In this document: one piece after another, positions 50,090 through 60,097 of the stretch | How positions within the stretch are numbered: position 1 is the first letter of the stretch | Layout: the number at the start of each line of letters is the position of its first letter | NCBI GenBank assembly: GCA_963794325.1 | Contig: CAWCDG010000007.1 | Coordinates: 128,001 to 192,000, forward strand | Source: an uncultured delta proteobacterium | Lineage (GTDB): Bacteria; Desulfobacterota; Binatia; Binatales; Binataceae | Reading direction: 5' to 3' | DNA: 64,000 nucleotides | The notes under the pieces: generated by a model | The model's database searches: none | Seen by the model: only the letters and a program-made list of their open reading frames with translations | Told to the model about the DNA's origin: nothing | Position numbers and translations under genes: made by a program

Positions 50090-50917
50090 TCAGCCGAAAC
50101 TGCCGCCGTGCTTGCCCGGAAAAATCAGGTTAACGCCGACGAACGAGCCAACCAACACGCTCGCGAGCACAATTGTCAGAGTCGCGGCGCGCCGCCCACG
50201 CCATCCCACGGTGAGCCGCGATTCGAGCAGCCCGGCGTAGAGGATCCAAATCACCAGCGACCATGATTCCTTGGGCTCCCAGGACCAGAAATGTCCCCAC
50301 GTCGCGTCGGCCCATATCGCGCCGCTCACGATCGCGAGGCTGAGCATCGCGAAGCCCCATCCCAGCAGGTGATAGTTGATCCGGTCCAGCTTTTCGAGGC
50401 TCGGCGCGGCTTCGTTGGCGGGACCGATCGCGCGTTTCGATTTGAGGCGTGACTCGTAAGCGAGATAGACGATACTCACGCTCGCCGCCAGCACGAACAT
50501 CGTGTAGCCGAGGATTGCGAGCGTGACGTGAATCGGCAGCCATACGCTGCGCAGCGTGTCGGGCAGAACCACGCGCCCCTCGCTGGTCGTGAGCGAGGCC
50601 GCTCCCAGAGCGATTGTGACAGCGGGCGCGACGAACGCGCCAATCACCGCCAGCCGCAGTCGGACGATCATCACCAGTCCCGCGAGCGCGGTGAGCCACG
50701 CCAGGAAGGAGAGCGCCTGCGCAAAATTCGCAACCGGGATATTGCCGGCCTGCAGTCCGCGCGCGGTTAAATCAAGCGCATGGAAAATCGCACCGGCGCC
50801 GAGTATCGCAACCGCGTAGCCGGTCGCACGCGCGCGTCCGGACAATCGATCGAACACAAACAACGCCGCCGAGAGCGCGTAGCATGCGAGCGCGGGCATT
50901 AGCCACAATGTGTTCAT
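50090..50917 (-). CDS. CcsA/HemX-like cytochrome c assembly membrane protein
   Basis: WLPIH, GAIWA..WGHFWSWEPKE WWD motif. Confidence 0.88.
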   Translation of the reverse strand: MNTLWLMPALACYALSAALFVFDRLSGRARATGYAVAILGAGAIFHALDLTARGLQAGNIPVANFAQALSFLAWLTALAGLVMIVRLRLAVIGAFVAPAVTIALGAASLTTSEGRVVLPDTLRSVWLPIHVTLAILGYTMFVLAASVSIVYLAYESRLKSKRAIGPANEAAPSLEKLDRINYHLLGWGFAMLSLAIVSGAIWADATWGHFWSWEPKESWSLVIWILYAGLLESRLTVGWRGRRAATLTIVLASVLVGSFVGVNLIFPGKHGGSFG

Positions 50918-50926
50918 CGTTCTTTT

Positions 50927-51604
50927 TTAGTGAAAGTGTTCCGCGCGCGCGACGCCCAGCGTTGCGAGACTAACACCCGCACCCAGATGAGTAGCAAGTA
51001 TCCGATCGATTGCTGCAACGTCGCCAGCGGCAATCGCGTCCGGCAGTGCGGAGTCGGCGAGTTCCTTCAATCGTCGCATGCGATCGGCCGGAGCGATTTC
51101 ATCGGCATGCAATCGCCGTCGCGCGGCACGCAACACCTCGAGGGTGAGCGCGTACTCGGTCCCGAACTGATCCTCCAAGGTGCGTCTGAGGCGCGCGGCA
51201 AATGCCGGCGACGCGCCACCGGTCGAGATCGCTATCTGAAGATCGCCCCGATTCACAACAGCCGGCGAGATGAAGGTACACAACTCGGGAACGTCGATTA
51301 CATTTATAAGGATCCGGAGCGCGCGCGCCTCGGCGACAAGATCGCGCTGCAACTTCGGGTCGTCGGTCGCGGCGTATACTATGACGCATCCGCTCATGTC
51401 GCCGGGTTGATAATGACGAGCGACGTGCGTCACCAATCCGCCGGCGACGACCGCCGACAACTGCGGCGACAGGCTCGGGCTGACGACCTTTACCTTAGCG
51501 CCGGCCTGGAGCAGCGACTCGACTTTGCGCGCCGCGACTTCGCCGCCGCCTACAACCATACATTCGCGGCCGGTCACGTCGAGAAATATCGGAATGTATG
51601 CCAT
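50927..51604 (-). CDS. Precorrin-2 dehydrogenase/sirohydrochlorin ferrochelatase (SirC/Met8-like, CysG N-terminal)
   Basis: VVGGGEVAARK, ATDD, NVID.PELCTF, AISTGGASP. Confidence 0.92.
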   Translation of the reverse strand: MAYIPIFLDVTGRECMVVGGGEVAARKVESLLQAGAKVKVVSPSLSPQLSAVVAGGLVTHVARHYQPGDMSGCVIVYAATDDPKLQRDLVAEARALRILINVIDVPELCTFISPAVVNRGDLQIAISTGGASPAFAARLRRTLEDQFGTEYALTLEVLRAARRRLHADEIAPADRMRRLKELADSALPDAIAAGDVAAIDRILATHLGAGVSLATLGVARAEHFH

Positions 51605-51651
51605 GAAACTTAAGCGATTTTATTACATGATGACGCAATGAGACAGCACCG

Positions 51652-52020
51652 ATGATGCGCGCGTTAAATCAAACCCGGGAGACCGTGCTGTGCGCGCGGC
51701 TCGAGAACGCCGGTGGCCTGGCGGGCCAGGGGCGCGGCCTGCTGGGTCGCGACACACTCGAGCCCGGCACAGGCATGCTGTTCGAGAACGGCCGATTCAC
51801 GCCGTTTATGTGGATGCACATGTTCTTCATGCGCTTCGCCATCGATATCGTTTTCCTCGGGCGGGGTGACACTGTCATTAAGATAAATCGGCGGCTGAGA
51901 CCATGGCGGGTATCGTCGGTGGTGTTCGGTGCGCGAAAAGCGCTTGAGCTTCAGGCCGGTGCGTCGGACGAGAGTGCGACTCAGGTCGGAGACCATATTG
52001 TCTTCGATGGCATGGACTAA
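51652..52020 (+). CDS. DUF192 family protein
   Basis: RGLLGR..GMLF..HMFFMRFAIDIVFL..LEL.AG. Confidence 0.88.
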   Translation: MMRALNQTRETVLCARLENAGGLAGQGRGLLGRDTLEPGTGMLFENGRFTPFMWMHMFFMRFAIDIVFLGRGDTVIKINRRLRPWRVSSVVFGARKALELQAGASDESATQVGDHIVFDGMD

Positions 52021-52124
52021 AATGTCCACCACATATAGATGTTCTATCGCTTAATCTATCTACGTTAATTCGACGCCTCTTTGACTGTCTTTATTTCCCA
52101 AAGATAGGCCTTTTGTACCATTCT

Positions 52125-52161
52125 GTTGCGGCTTCGCAACCAACAGTTGCATCACTGCGGC
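52125..52161 (+). promoter_or_regulatory. Tandem putative enhancer (UAS) sites GTTGC-N6-GCAAC
   Basis: GTTGCGGCTTCGCAAC (52125) and GTTGCATCACTGCGGC (52146), 21 bp apart, upstream of the sigma54 site. Confidence 0.5.
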
Positions 52162-52216
52162 TGCCATAATCTGCGTTGAACGGAAAAAGTCGAAGAAATT
52201 GCTCAATAGATCAAGA

Positions 52217-52232
52217 TGGCACGAGAGATGCT
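52217..52232 (+). promoter_or_regulatory. sigma54 -24/-12 promoter upstream of the flp pilins
   Basis: TGGCACGAGAGATGCT, GG-N10-GC. Confidence 0.7.
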
Positions 52233-52425
52233 CACGGTAATTCTCGCTTTGGCACTGTATAAAGTGCCTCTATCGAAGCTTGGCTTTGTTCGGGGGAAGG
52301 GAATGCATGGGGGCTCGCCTCGCGCCGCCGGACCAGCGGCGCGAGGTTTGAGGTTCGGCTCGAGTTGATTGACGGGGACTAACGGCCAATCTCGGCCCAA
52401 TAAAGATTCGGAGGACACGCGGCTA

Positions 52426-52596
52426 ATGGACAAAATCGCAGGAATGTTGGTGGAGATGCGCGAGTATCAGCGCGGCCAGACGATGGCCGAATACGCGCTT
52501 ATCCTCGCCGCCGTAGCCGTCGTGGTGTTCGCCGGCTATCAGACGATGGGCACGACCATCACCACGCTGCTTTCCAGCGTGGACGGCAAGCTCTAA
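52426..52596 (+). CDS. flp: Flp family type IVc pilin 1
   Basis: GGAGG RBS; RG|QTMAEYALIL hydrophobic Flp motif; 56 aa. Confidence 0.92.
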   Translation: MDKIAGMLVEMREYQRGQTMAEYALILAAVAVVVFAGYQTMGTTITTLLSSVDGKL

Positions 52597-52689
52597 TTCG
52601 AGAAAGGCAACAGCTCGGGGTGGCGGATTAACTCATCCGGTACTTCAAAAAATAGACACGCTAAAAATTTGCACGGAGGTAATGAAGAC

Positions 52690-52860
52690 ATGAATGCGAT
52701 CAGGAAATTAGTAGTTCAGGTGCGCGAGTACGGCCGCGGACAGACCATGGCTGAGTACGCGCTGATCCTGGCGGCGGTGGCGGTTGTGGTGTTCGCCGGC
52801 TACCAGACGATGGGCACGACTATCACCACGCTCCTGAGCAGCGTGGACGGCAAGCTCTAA
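52690..52860 (+). CDS. flp: Flp family pilin 2
   Basis: GGAGGT RBS; mature sequence identical to pilin 1. Confidence 0.92.
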   Translation: MNAIRKLVVQVREYGRGQTMAEYALILAAVAVVVFAGYQTMGTTITTLLSSVDGKL

Positions 52861-52943
52861 TTCGAGAGGGAATCCCGGGTGGCGGACTAACCCATCCGCC
52901 ACCCGACATCAACTTAACGGGTTTGAGGAGGAACGGAACGAAT

Positions 52944-53114
52944 ATGCGGTCGATCACGAAATTTGTTGTACGGGCTCGCGAGTACAATCGCGGACAGACC
53001 ATGGCCGAGTACGCGCTGATCCTGGCGGCGGTGGCGGTAGTGGTTTTCGCGGGCTATCAGACGATGGGCACGACCATCACGACGCTCCTGAGCAGCGTCG
53101 ATACGAGTCTCTAG
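52944..53114 (+). CDS. flp: Flp family pilin 3
   Basis: GAGGAGG RBS; mature sequence differs only at the C-terminal TSL versus GKL. Confidence 0.92.
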   Translation: MRSITKFVVRAREYNRGQTMAEYALILAAVAVVVFAGYQTMGTTITTLLSSVDTSL

Positions 53115-53141
53115 TAATCGCGACGGCTTGACGGCCGTCCG

Positions 53142-53186
53142 GAAATTCTCCTGGCAGGAATCAAGGTTTCCGGCCAGGAGAATTTC
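53142..53186 (+). terminator. Long stem-loop after the flp cluster (terminator/stabiliser)
   Basis: GAAATTCTCCTGGC / GCCAGGAGAATTTC form a perfect 14-bp stem. Confidence 0.6.
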
Positions 53187-53470
53187 GTAATTAGATCGCC
53201 CTGGGAGGGGAGGCAGTCGATCAGGTGTCTATACAATTTTAGTCCAATCGTGGCACCTCGGCAAAATTTACCATGATGCTAGACTCAATTTCTCTCCACA
53301 CGACAATTTTTCCGACCTTTTTCATCAAACATCTGGCTATTACTGGCTCGGATTTGCTAATCAATTCCACCACGGGCCTGAGTCTCCTTTTAACACGTAC
53401 GAGATGCTAGGATGGCTAACAATTTAGAAGATAGCCGGTCTGCCGCGAGCGGCCGGAGGGGAGGGGTGAT

Positions 53471-54559
53471 ATGAGACGACCGATGGTGTTCGTCCTGCTG
53501 GCCGGGTTAGCGGCGATGCTGGCTTCGGTAATGGTCTACTCGGCTTTGAAACGCCGAGAGCTCGAAGTTCAAAACGCAATGTCGCATAACGTCCAGGTGG
53601 TGGTGGCGGCAATGGACCTTCCGCTCGGCACGAAGATCGAGCCGGGAGAAGTTAAAACGGCGCGTTGGTCGGCCGACAGCCTTCCGGAGGGAGCGTACAC
53701 CGATGCCGGACAGGTGCTGGGCACCTACGTGAAGAATTCCCTGGTAGCCAACGAGCCGATCGTACGGTCCAAGCTCTTCACCGGGGACAAGACGGCGGGA
53801 GTAATGCCGTTGTTGATTCCGTTCGGAATGCGCGCGGTGTCGGTGCCAGTGGATGAGGTCAGCGATGTCGCGGGCTTCGTACTGCCGCATACGCGAGTGG
53901 ACGTGCTGGTCGCGACTCAGTCGGAAGGGGCCGGCGACAAGGCGTTTTCGAAAGTGATCCTGCAGAATGTCGAGGTACTCGCGGTCGCGCAGGAAGTCGA
54001 GCAGAAGAAGGACGAGCCGCAAATCGTGAAAGTCGTCACGTTGCTGGTGACGCCGCAGGAGTCAGAACGCCTGGCACTCGCGAGTCATTCCGGAACGCTG
54101 CGCCTCGCGATGCGCAATTACAACGACAACAAGATCGTACTGACCAGTGGCAGCGACGTCGCGCAGATGCTGCGGGCCTATAGCCTGGCACCCGACGTTC
54201 CGGTGATGGCGGTACAGCCCGAGCGTCACATGGCCGCGGCACCGCATCGGCCGAAACCGGTCGAGATCGAGATTCTTCGCAATGGGAAATCGTCCGAGTC
54301 AGTTTCGTTCGTGAATGAAGCGGCGGCGAATTTCGACGGTTCGAGCAAATCAACCGGCCATGTCCGCAAGGCCGCGGTGAAAACCGACGAAGACAGCGAT
54401 GCAGCTGCGACCGATACCAGTGAGGACACGAGCACGGAATCCACGACCGTGGCGAGCGCTCCTGAACCCGAACATCACGACTTGACGTCGCCGCCGGCCA
54501 GCGCGCCAAACGCAACGGCCGATCACGTGCCGACGCCAAAGACGATCGACATACCTTAA
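53471..54559 (+). CDS. cpaB: Flp pilus assembly protein CpaB/RcpC
   Basis: SAF domain VVVAAMDLPLG, GMRAVSVPVDEVSDVAGFVLP..RVDVL, VTLLVTP. Confidence 0.93.
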   Translation: MRRPMVFVLLAGLAAMLASVMVYSALKRRELEVQNAMSHNVQVVVAAMDLPLGTKIEPGEVKTARWSADSLPEGAYTDAGQVLGTYVKNSLVANEPIVRSKLFTGDKTAGVMPLLIPFGMRAVSVPVDEVSDVAGFVLPHTRVDVLVATQSEGAGDKAFSKVILQNVEVLAVAQEVEQKKDEPQIVKVVTLLVTPQESERLALASHSGTLRLAMRNYNDNKIVLTSGSDVAQMLRAYSLAPDVPVMAVQPERHMAAAPHRPKPVEIEILRNGKSSESVSFVNEAAANFDGSSKSTGHVRKAAVKTDEDSDAAATDTSEDTSTESTTVASAPEPEHHDLTSPPASAPNATADHVPTPKTIDIP

Positions 54560-54589
54560 GCGAGCCGCGAGGAAGACGAGGGGAAGAAG

Positions 54590-56455
54590 ATGAAATCCAA
54601 ACAAGCACATGGACTGCTTCCGTGGCTAATCGCAGCTATCAGCATGTTGATGTTTCAGCCCGGGCTGCTGTTGGCAGACGACGCCACGACCATGGCTCTC
54701 TCCCTGAACGCGGGTGAGAGTTACATAATTAATAACGTCAGCCCCGGCGAGACGCCGGCGGTGAATGTGATCTCAAATCCGCACGCGCTGGTGGTGCATA
54801 ACGAAGAGCCGGGCAAGGTCGTCCTTTTGGGCGCGGAAGCCGGCGAATGGACCGTTTCGGTGAAGACCGCGGACGGCAACACCATCAAATATGACGTGAC
54901 GGTCAAGTCGATCGCCAACATCAACGACATCAATCATCCGGGCACCAGTCCGGGGCCAATCACTGGCAGCGGTGCCTCGACGGGTACTGCGGCGCCGGTG
55001 GTAGCCAAGATGGACGCGGGCACCGGACCGGCTGCTTCAACGTCGTCTTCCTCGTCATCTTCATCGTCAAGTTTTGGGACCACCACGGAAACAGTGGCCG
55101 CTGCAGCGCCCAGCGCTCCTCAGCCCGCGCCCGTAGCGTCAACGCCTCCTGCTCCTGTCAGCCATTCCAGTTTCGATTTCAATACGCCAGCCGCTTCCTA
55201 TGCACCACCGCCGGCCGCCTCGAGTCAGGCCGCTTCAGCTGCGTTGTCGAACGAGCGGTATCGGGTTGATCCGTCGGTCAGTCTCAATGGCGGCGAATTG
55301 GGCTCCGGTGCGGTGTCAGGCGGACGGCATTATCTGCCTGAAGACGGCGTGCAGCTGCAGACCGGATCCTCGAAAATCATCGACTTTGCAACCAAGCTGC
55401 GCCGCGTGTCGATCGCCGATACGACGGTCGCGGATATCCAGGTAATCAATCCATTCCAGGTCAATCTAATTGGCCACAAGCCGGGCTTCACGACGCTTGC
55501 GATCTGGGATCAGACCGGGCAATACCAGGAGCGTCCGGTACGAATCGATCCCAACGGCAAGCAGCAAGTGCTGCTCAACACGGTGATAGCTGAGCTGGAC
55601 CGCTCCGCCATGGAAAATCAGGGCACCAACCTGGCGTTGTCTCTCACCCACGCTGGAATATCGCTGGTCAGCTTGCCCGGCGCCGTAGCAACTCCGTTTT
55701 CGCCGACCGCAAGTATAACGTCCCCCTCGGGCGTGGTTAGCTCACTCGGCCAGACGTTGGCGCCGGGTGGCGCTCTCACCGGGCTGCTGCTGTCGCAAGG
55801 CCTGACCTATGGGGTGGCGGCAGGAAACAGCAACTACCAGCTGCAGGGATATTTTCAGTATCTGGAAAACCATCAGCTAGCGAAGATTCTCGCCCAGCCC
55901 CATTTGCTGGCTAATTCCGGCGAGGAGGCGAAGTTCCTGTCCGGCGGCGAAATTCCAATCGTCATCGCGCAGGCGTTGAACACTTCGGTCGTGTTCAAAC
56001 AGTTTGGTACGTCGGTCGAATTCGTTCCGACCGTGGTTGGAAAAAACGATATCGAGCTGTTGGTGAAGCCTGAAGTGTCGGAGCCCGACTACGCACATGG
56101 CGTACAGCTGTTCGGCTTCAGCGTGCCGGCATTCGTGACTCGGCGCGCCGAGACGCTGGTGCAGCTCAAGGACAATCAGACACTGATCATCGCCGGCCTC
56201 ATCCTGCATGAAAAGAAGACGCAGATCCAAAAAGTGCCCTACATGGGTGACATCCCGTACCTCGGTGGGCTGTTCCGCACTACCGCCTATTCGAACACTG
56301 AAACGGACCTGGTTATGAGCGTGACGCCGCAAATCGTACAGCCGCTGCCCGATGGCGCCGCAGTTTACAACCCGACTTCAGTGCCGGATCTGACCCGCGA
56401 GCAAATCGAAACCCGTCGTCTGGCGCAGCCTGACGTAACAAGGCCGAGATTCTAG
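54590..56455 (+). CDS. cpaC: Tad secretin CpaC/RcpA
   Basis: RVSIAD..VAD, QVLL..IAEL, SGEEAKFLSGGEIP, FGTSVEFVPTV, KVPYMGDIPYLGGLFR. Confidence 0.9.
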   Translation: MKSKQAHGLLPWLIAAISMLMFQPGLLLADDATTMALSLNAGESYIINNVSPGETPAVNVISNPHALVVHNEEPGKVVLLGAEAGEWTVSVKTADGNTIKYDVTVKSIANINDINHPGTSPGPITGSGASTGTAAPVVAKMDAGTGPAASTSSSSSSSSSSFGTTTETVAAAAPSAPQPAPVASTPPAPVSHSSFDFNTPAASYAPPPAASSQAASAALSNERYRVDPSVSLNGGELGSGAVSGGRHYLPEDGVQLQTGSSKIIDFATKLRRVSIADTTVADIQVINPFQVNLIGHKPGFTTLAIWDQTGQYQERPVRIDPNGKQQVLLNTVIAELDRSAMENQGTNLALSLTHAGISLVSLPGAVATPFSPTASITSPSGVVSSLGQTLAPGGALTGLLLSQGLTYGVAAGNSNYQLQGYFQYLENHQLAKILAQPHLLANSGEEAKFLSGGEIPIVIAQALNTSVVFKQFGTSVEFVPTVVGKNDIELLVKPEVSEPDYAHGVQLFGFSVPAFVTRRAETLVQLKDNQTLIIAGLILHEKKTQIQKVPYMGDIPYLGGLFRTTAYSNTETDLVMSVTPQIVQPLPDGAAVYNPTSVPDLTREQIETRRLAQPDVTRPRF

Positions 56456-56532
56456 TCCGGGGAGTGACGAGACATAGCCGAGCATTTAGTGCATGATATG
56501 GCACCGCATAGCTGAAGCAGGGAGAATGTGAA

Positions 56533-57756
56533 GTGTCATCGCTCGGTAAAAAAAATGATGGACGGCATGGTGGGCTGAAGGTCCAATTGGTCGGCCAAGG
56601 CGACGAGCACCGAACCGAAGTTCGGGATGCTCTCGCCGCCTTGGGCGACCCCATGCTGAACATTGACGAGATAGAACCGGATCCTGACGCCGCCACTGAC
56701 GTCAACTTTGACGTAACAATGGTGGTGTTCAACGGCAACGACGAACTCTCGCTGAGTTATCTCAACACGCGGGCCGTGCAAGAGCCCCGGCCCGCCCTTT
56801 TTGCGCTACTGCACGATCGGTCGCCCGATCTAATGAAACGAGTGCTGCGGGCGGGCGCCGACGAGCTTCTGTTCCTGCCCCTGGATCCCGGCGACGCGAC
56901 CCGTGCGCTGCTCAAGATAAGCGAATCTCGCCGGCGCGAAGAAGTTCACGTCGGTGGCGGCACGATCGTTTCTCTGGTGAGTCTGATCGGCGGCACCGGA
57001 GTGACGAGTCTGGCGGCGAACCTCGGTCTGGCGCTCCGCTACGCGTTCGACAAGCGGGTCGCGGTCGTCGACCTGGACCTGCAGACCGGCGGGCTCTCGG
57101 TGTTTCTGAATCTCGAGCCCGAGCGCACGATCATGACGCTGACGGAGGGGACCCGAAAGCTCGATTCGATTCAACTCGAATCGGCGCTCAGCAAGCATGC
57201 GTCGGGGATCTACCTGCTCGCGGCGCCCAAGCGGATCGAAGACAGCGAGTTGGTGACCGACGCGACGGTAGGCGCCACGCTGGACCTGATGCGTCAGCTG
57301 TTCGACTTCGTGATCGTGGATTGCGGGACGCATATCGACTCGAACACGGTCGCAGCGTGGGAGCGCTCGAGTCATCTGTTCTATGTTCTCGATCAGTCGA
57401 TCGGCGCGGCGCGATGCGCGTGGCGATTCGTCGATCTGGTGGGACGGCTGGGCATGCAGGGAGTCGAGCCCAACTTCATTCTGAGCCGCTTCGTACCAGG
57501 TCATCCGATCACAGAAGATCAACTGAGCCATACGCTGGCCCAGTCTATCTACATGCGGATTCCGCGCGACGAAAAGGTTCTCGAGCGGGTGCAGTTGAGT
57601 GCGCAGGATTTGTGGCAGGTGGCGCCGAACTCGCCGCTGGCCAAGAGCGTCGAGGATCTCGCGCGGCGGCTCGAAGTCGGCGCTGAAGCCACCCAAGGCG
57701 ACACTTCCAATTCTCTTGTCTCTCGCCTCTTGAATGTTATCGGGGCCCGCAGTTGA
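56533..57756 (+). CDS. cpaE: CpaE/TadZ pilus localisation ATPase-like protein
   Basis: Atypical receiver domain (RAGADE), deviant Walker GGTGVTS, VDLDLQ, IVDCG. Confidence 0.88.
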   Translation: MSSLGKKNDGRHGGLKVQLVGQGDEHRTEVRDALAALGDPMLNIDEIEPDPDAATDVNFDVTMVVFNGNDELSLSYLNTRAVQEPRPALFALLHDRSPDLMKRVLRAGADELLFLPLDPGDATRALLKISESRRREEVHVGGGTIVSLVSLIGGTGVTSLAANLGLALRYAFDKRVAVVDLDLQTGGLSVFLNLEPERTIMTLTEGTRKLDSIQLESALSKHASGIYLLAAPKRIEDSELVTDATVGATLDLMRQLFDFVIVDCGTHIDSNTVAAWERSSHLFYVLDQSIGAARCAWRFVDLVGRLGMQGVEPNFILSRFVPGHPITEDQLSHTLAQSIYMRIPRDEKVLERVQLSAQDLWQVAPNSPLAKSVEDLARRLEVGAEATQGDTSNSLVSRLLNVIGARS

Positions 57757-57765
57757 GGTACTTCG

Positions 57766-59142
57766 ATGAAGCTCGTTGACAGAATATCGCAGCAGAATGC
57801 GGCGACTCCGGTGCCGTTTCAGCGTTCGCTGATGAGTAACGGCGGTGCGAAGCGCAACGTCAAAGACGCGCAGGCCGAAGGATTTCAGCAGCTCAAGCTC
57901 GCCGTTCACAACCGGTTGTTCGAGATGCTCGACGTTACGCGGCTCGAGAGCCTCGAACCGGCTCTGGCGGCGCAGAAAGTCACTGAGGCGATCTCCGCGA
58001 TTCTCGACGATGAGGGACGGCTTCTCACCGACTCCGACAAGACTCATCTAATAGAAGAAATCAAAAACGAGCTGCTCGGACTCGGGCCGCTCGAACCGCT
58101 TTTGTGGGACGACGAGATCACCGACATCCTGGTCAACGGGCACAGCCAGGTTTACGTCGAAAAGCGCGGTAAGCTGCATGCCACCGAAGTGAAGTTCCAG
58201 GACGATCAGCACTTGATGCTGATCATCGATCGGATCGTGTCGCAGGTCGGCCGCCGAGTCGACGAAGCATCGCCGATGGTTGATGCGCGCTTGCCCGACG
58301 GTTCGCGTATCAACGCGATCATTCCGCCACTGGCGCTCGACGGCCCGTCGCTTTCGATTCGCCGATTCGGCCGCAAGCGCTACAACATCGACGATCTGGT
58401 CGAGAAGAAAACCATTGTGCCCGAGATCGTCGAGTTCCTGCGCACTATCGTGCGGGCGCGGCTCAACATCCTGATTTGCGGCGGCACCGGCTCGGGCAAG
58501 ACCACCATGCTCAATTGCATGTCGCTGTTCGTGCCCGCCGATGAGCGAATTGTGACGATCGAAGATTCGGCCGAATTGATGCTACAGCAGCCGCACGTAG
58601 TCAGGCTCGAAACGCGGCCGGCCAACGTCGAAGGCAAGGGCGAAGTCAGCCAGCGCGACCTGGTGAAGAATACCCTGCGTATGCGGCCCGATCGCATCAT
58701 CGTCGGCGAGGTTCGCGGCGGCGAAGTGTTCGACATGTTGCAGGCGATGTCCACCGGTCATGACGGCTCTATCGCCACCATCCACGCCAACACTCCTCGC
58801 GACAGCCTGGGACGTCTCGAGATGATGATGCTGTTGTCGGGCGTGCAGATTCCGCAGCGCGCGATGCGCCAGCAGATCGCATCGGCACTCAACATTATCG
58901 TTCACGTCTCGCGCCTGTCGGACGGCTCGCGCAAAGTAATGCGCATCTCTGAGATCAGCGGCATGGAAGGCGAGATGGTGATGATGCAGGACTTGTTCGA
59001 ATTCAAGCGGACCGGAATCGGGCCGGGCGGCGAAGTGATCGGCCAGTTCCTTGCGACCGGCATCCGGTCAACCTATTCGCAGCGGCTGGAAGCGGCAGGA
59101 TACAAACTCGACGGCAAAATTTTCCGCAACACTATCGGATAA
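57766..59142 (+). CDS. tadA: Tad assembly ATPase CpaF/TadA
   Basis: [50 protein letters not shown]. Confidence 0.96.
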   Translation: MKLVDRISQQNAATPVPFQRSLMSNGGAKRNVKDAQAEGFQQLKLAVHNRLFEMLDVTRLESLEPALAAQKVTEAISAILDDEGRLLTDSDKTHLIEEIKNELLGLGPLEPLLWDDEITDILVNGHSQVYVEKRGKLHATEVKFQDDQHLMLIIDRIVSQVGRRVDEASPMVDARLPDGSRINAIIPPLALDGPSLSIRRFGRKRYNIDDLVEKKTIVPEIVEFLRTIVRARLNILICGGTGSGKTTMLNCMSLFVPADERIVTIEDSAELMLQQPHVVRLETRPANVEGKGEVSQRDLVKNTLRMRPDRIIVGEVRGGEVFDMLQAMSTGHDGSIATIHANTPRDSLGRLEMMMLLSGVQIPQRAMRQQIASALNIIVHVSRLSDGSRKVMRISEISGMEGEMVMMQDLFEFKRTGIGPGGEVIGQFLATGIRSTYSQRLEAAGYKLDGKIFRNTIG

Positions 59143-59148
59143 ATACCT

Positions 59149-60096
59149 ATGGATTTTTTGATGGCAAGCGGCATATTCGCGATCGTCTTCGTGTTCGTGC
59201 TGCTCCTTACCAGCAGCCGCGGCACCGAAGTCGAGCAACAGCGCGAGGTGGCCCGGCGCCTGACGCGCCCTCCCGATGAGATAGATATCAACGTGATGCG
59301 CAAGCAGCGGCCCCAGGAGGGAGCACTGTTTGGCGCGCTGTACAAGCTGAACGTGGCGCAAAACCTCGAAGAGGCGATGTGGCAGGCGGGCATGTACATG
59401 CGGGTCGGCGACATGCTGTTGATAATCGTGTTGGCATTCGGCGCGGGATTGTTCGGCGGCAATCTTTTCTTCCACGATATGTGGTTCGCGCTGGGTACCG
59501 CGCTGGTAACGGGCATCCTGCCGCTGCTCTACATCCAGTTCCGCAAGAAGCGGCGCCTGAAGGCCTTTGCCACCCAGTTGCCGTTCGCGCTTGACCTGAT
59601 CAAGTCCTCACTCGAAGCGGGACACTCACTGCAGCGCGCGCTGCAAGTCCTGGTCAGCGAATTCGCCGATCCCCTCGGCAGCGAGTTCCGCACCGTGCTC
59701 GAGCAGAACCGGATCGGACTGCCGCTGCCACGCGCGCTCGAAGATATGCTCAAGCGAGTTCCGGAGGACGACCTCCGGCTGCTGGTCGTTGCAGTACGCG
59801 TGCAGACCGAAGTCGGCTCGAGCTTGGCGCAGATTGTGGGCCGGCTATCCGAAATCGTGCGAATCAGGCAGCGCTTGCGGATGCAAATCCGGGCGCTGAC
59901 GGCGCAATCGCGCATGGGCGGCATGGTCGTGGGCTGCCTGCCGGTCGTGGTGCTTTTTCTGTTCAGCTTGATTCAACCGGGTTACACGGATCAATTGTTT
60001 CATGATCCGACCGGTCAGAAGATTCTGAAATTTGCGATCGGGTCGGACTTGCTCGCCCTGATAACTATCAGGCGACTACTGAGAGTGAACTACTAA
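59149..60096 (+). CDS. tadB: TadB inner-membrane platform protein
   Basis: T2SSF domain QLPFALDLI..LEAGHSL, EVGSSLA; directly follows tadA. Confidence 0.9.
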   Translation: MDFLMASGIFAIVFVFVLLLTSSRGTEVEQQREVARRLTRPPDEIDINVMRKQRPQEGALFGALYKLNVAQNLEEAMWQAGMYMRVGDMLLIIVLAFGAGLFGGNLFFHDMWFALGTALVTGILPLLYIQFRKKRRLKAFATQLPFALDLIKSSLEAGHSLQRALQVLVSEFADPLGSEFRTVLEQNRIGLPLPRALEDMLKRVPEDDLRLLVVAVRVQTEVGSSLAQIVGRLSEIVRIRQRLRMQIRALTAQSRMGGMVVGCLPVVVLFLFSLIQPGYTDQLFHDPTGQKILKFAIGSDLLALITIRRLLRVNY

Positions 60097-60097
60097 T

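Noticed and set aside
52244-52425. c-di-GMP/cGAMP (GEMM) riboswitch in the flp leader
   Set aside because: GEMM consensus elements (GGCAAA, GNRA tetraloop/receptor, GCAAAGC) are not visible
52426-53114. Conductive e-pili, suggested by the adjacent heme genes
   Set aside because: Only three aromatic residues in the 39-aa mature pilin, and no multiheme cytochrome genes here
53344-53358. sigma54 promoter upstream of cpaB (TGGCTCGGATTTGCT)
   Set aside because: GG-GC spacing is 9 nt, not the required 10
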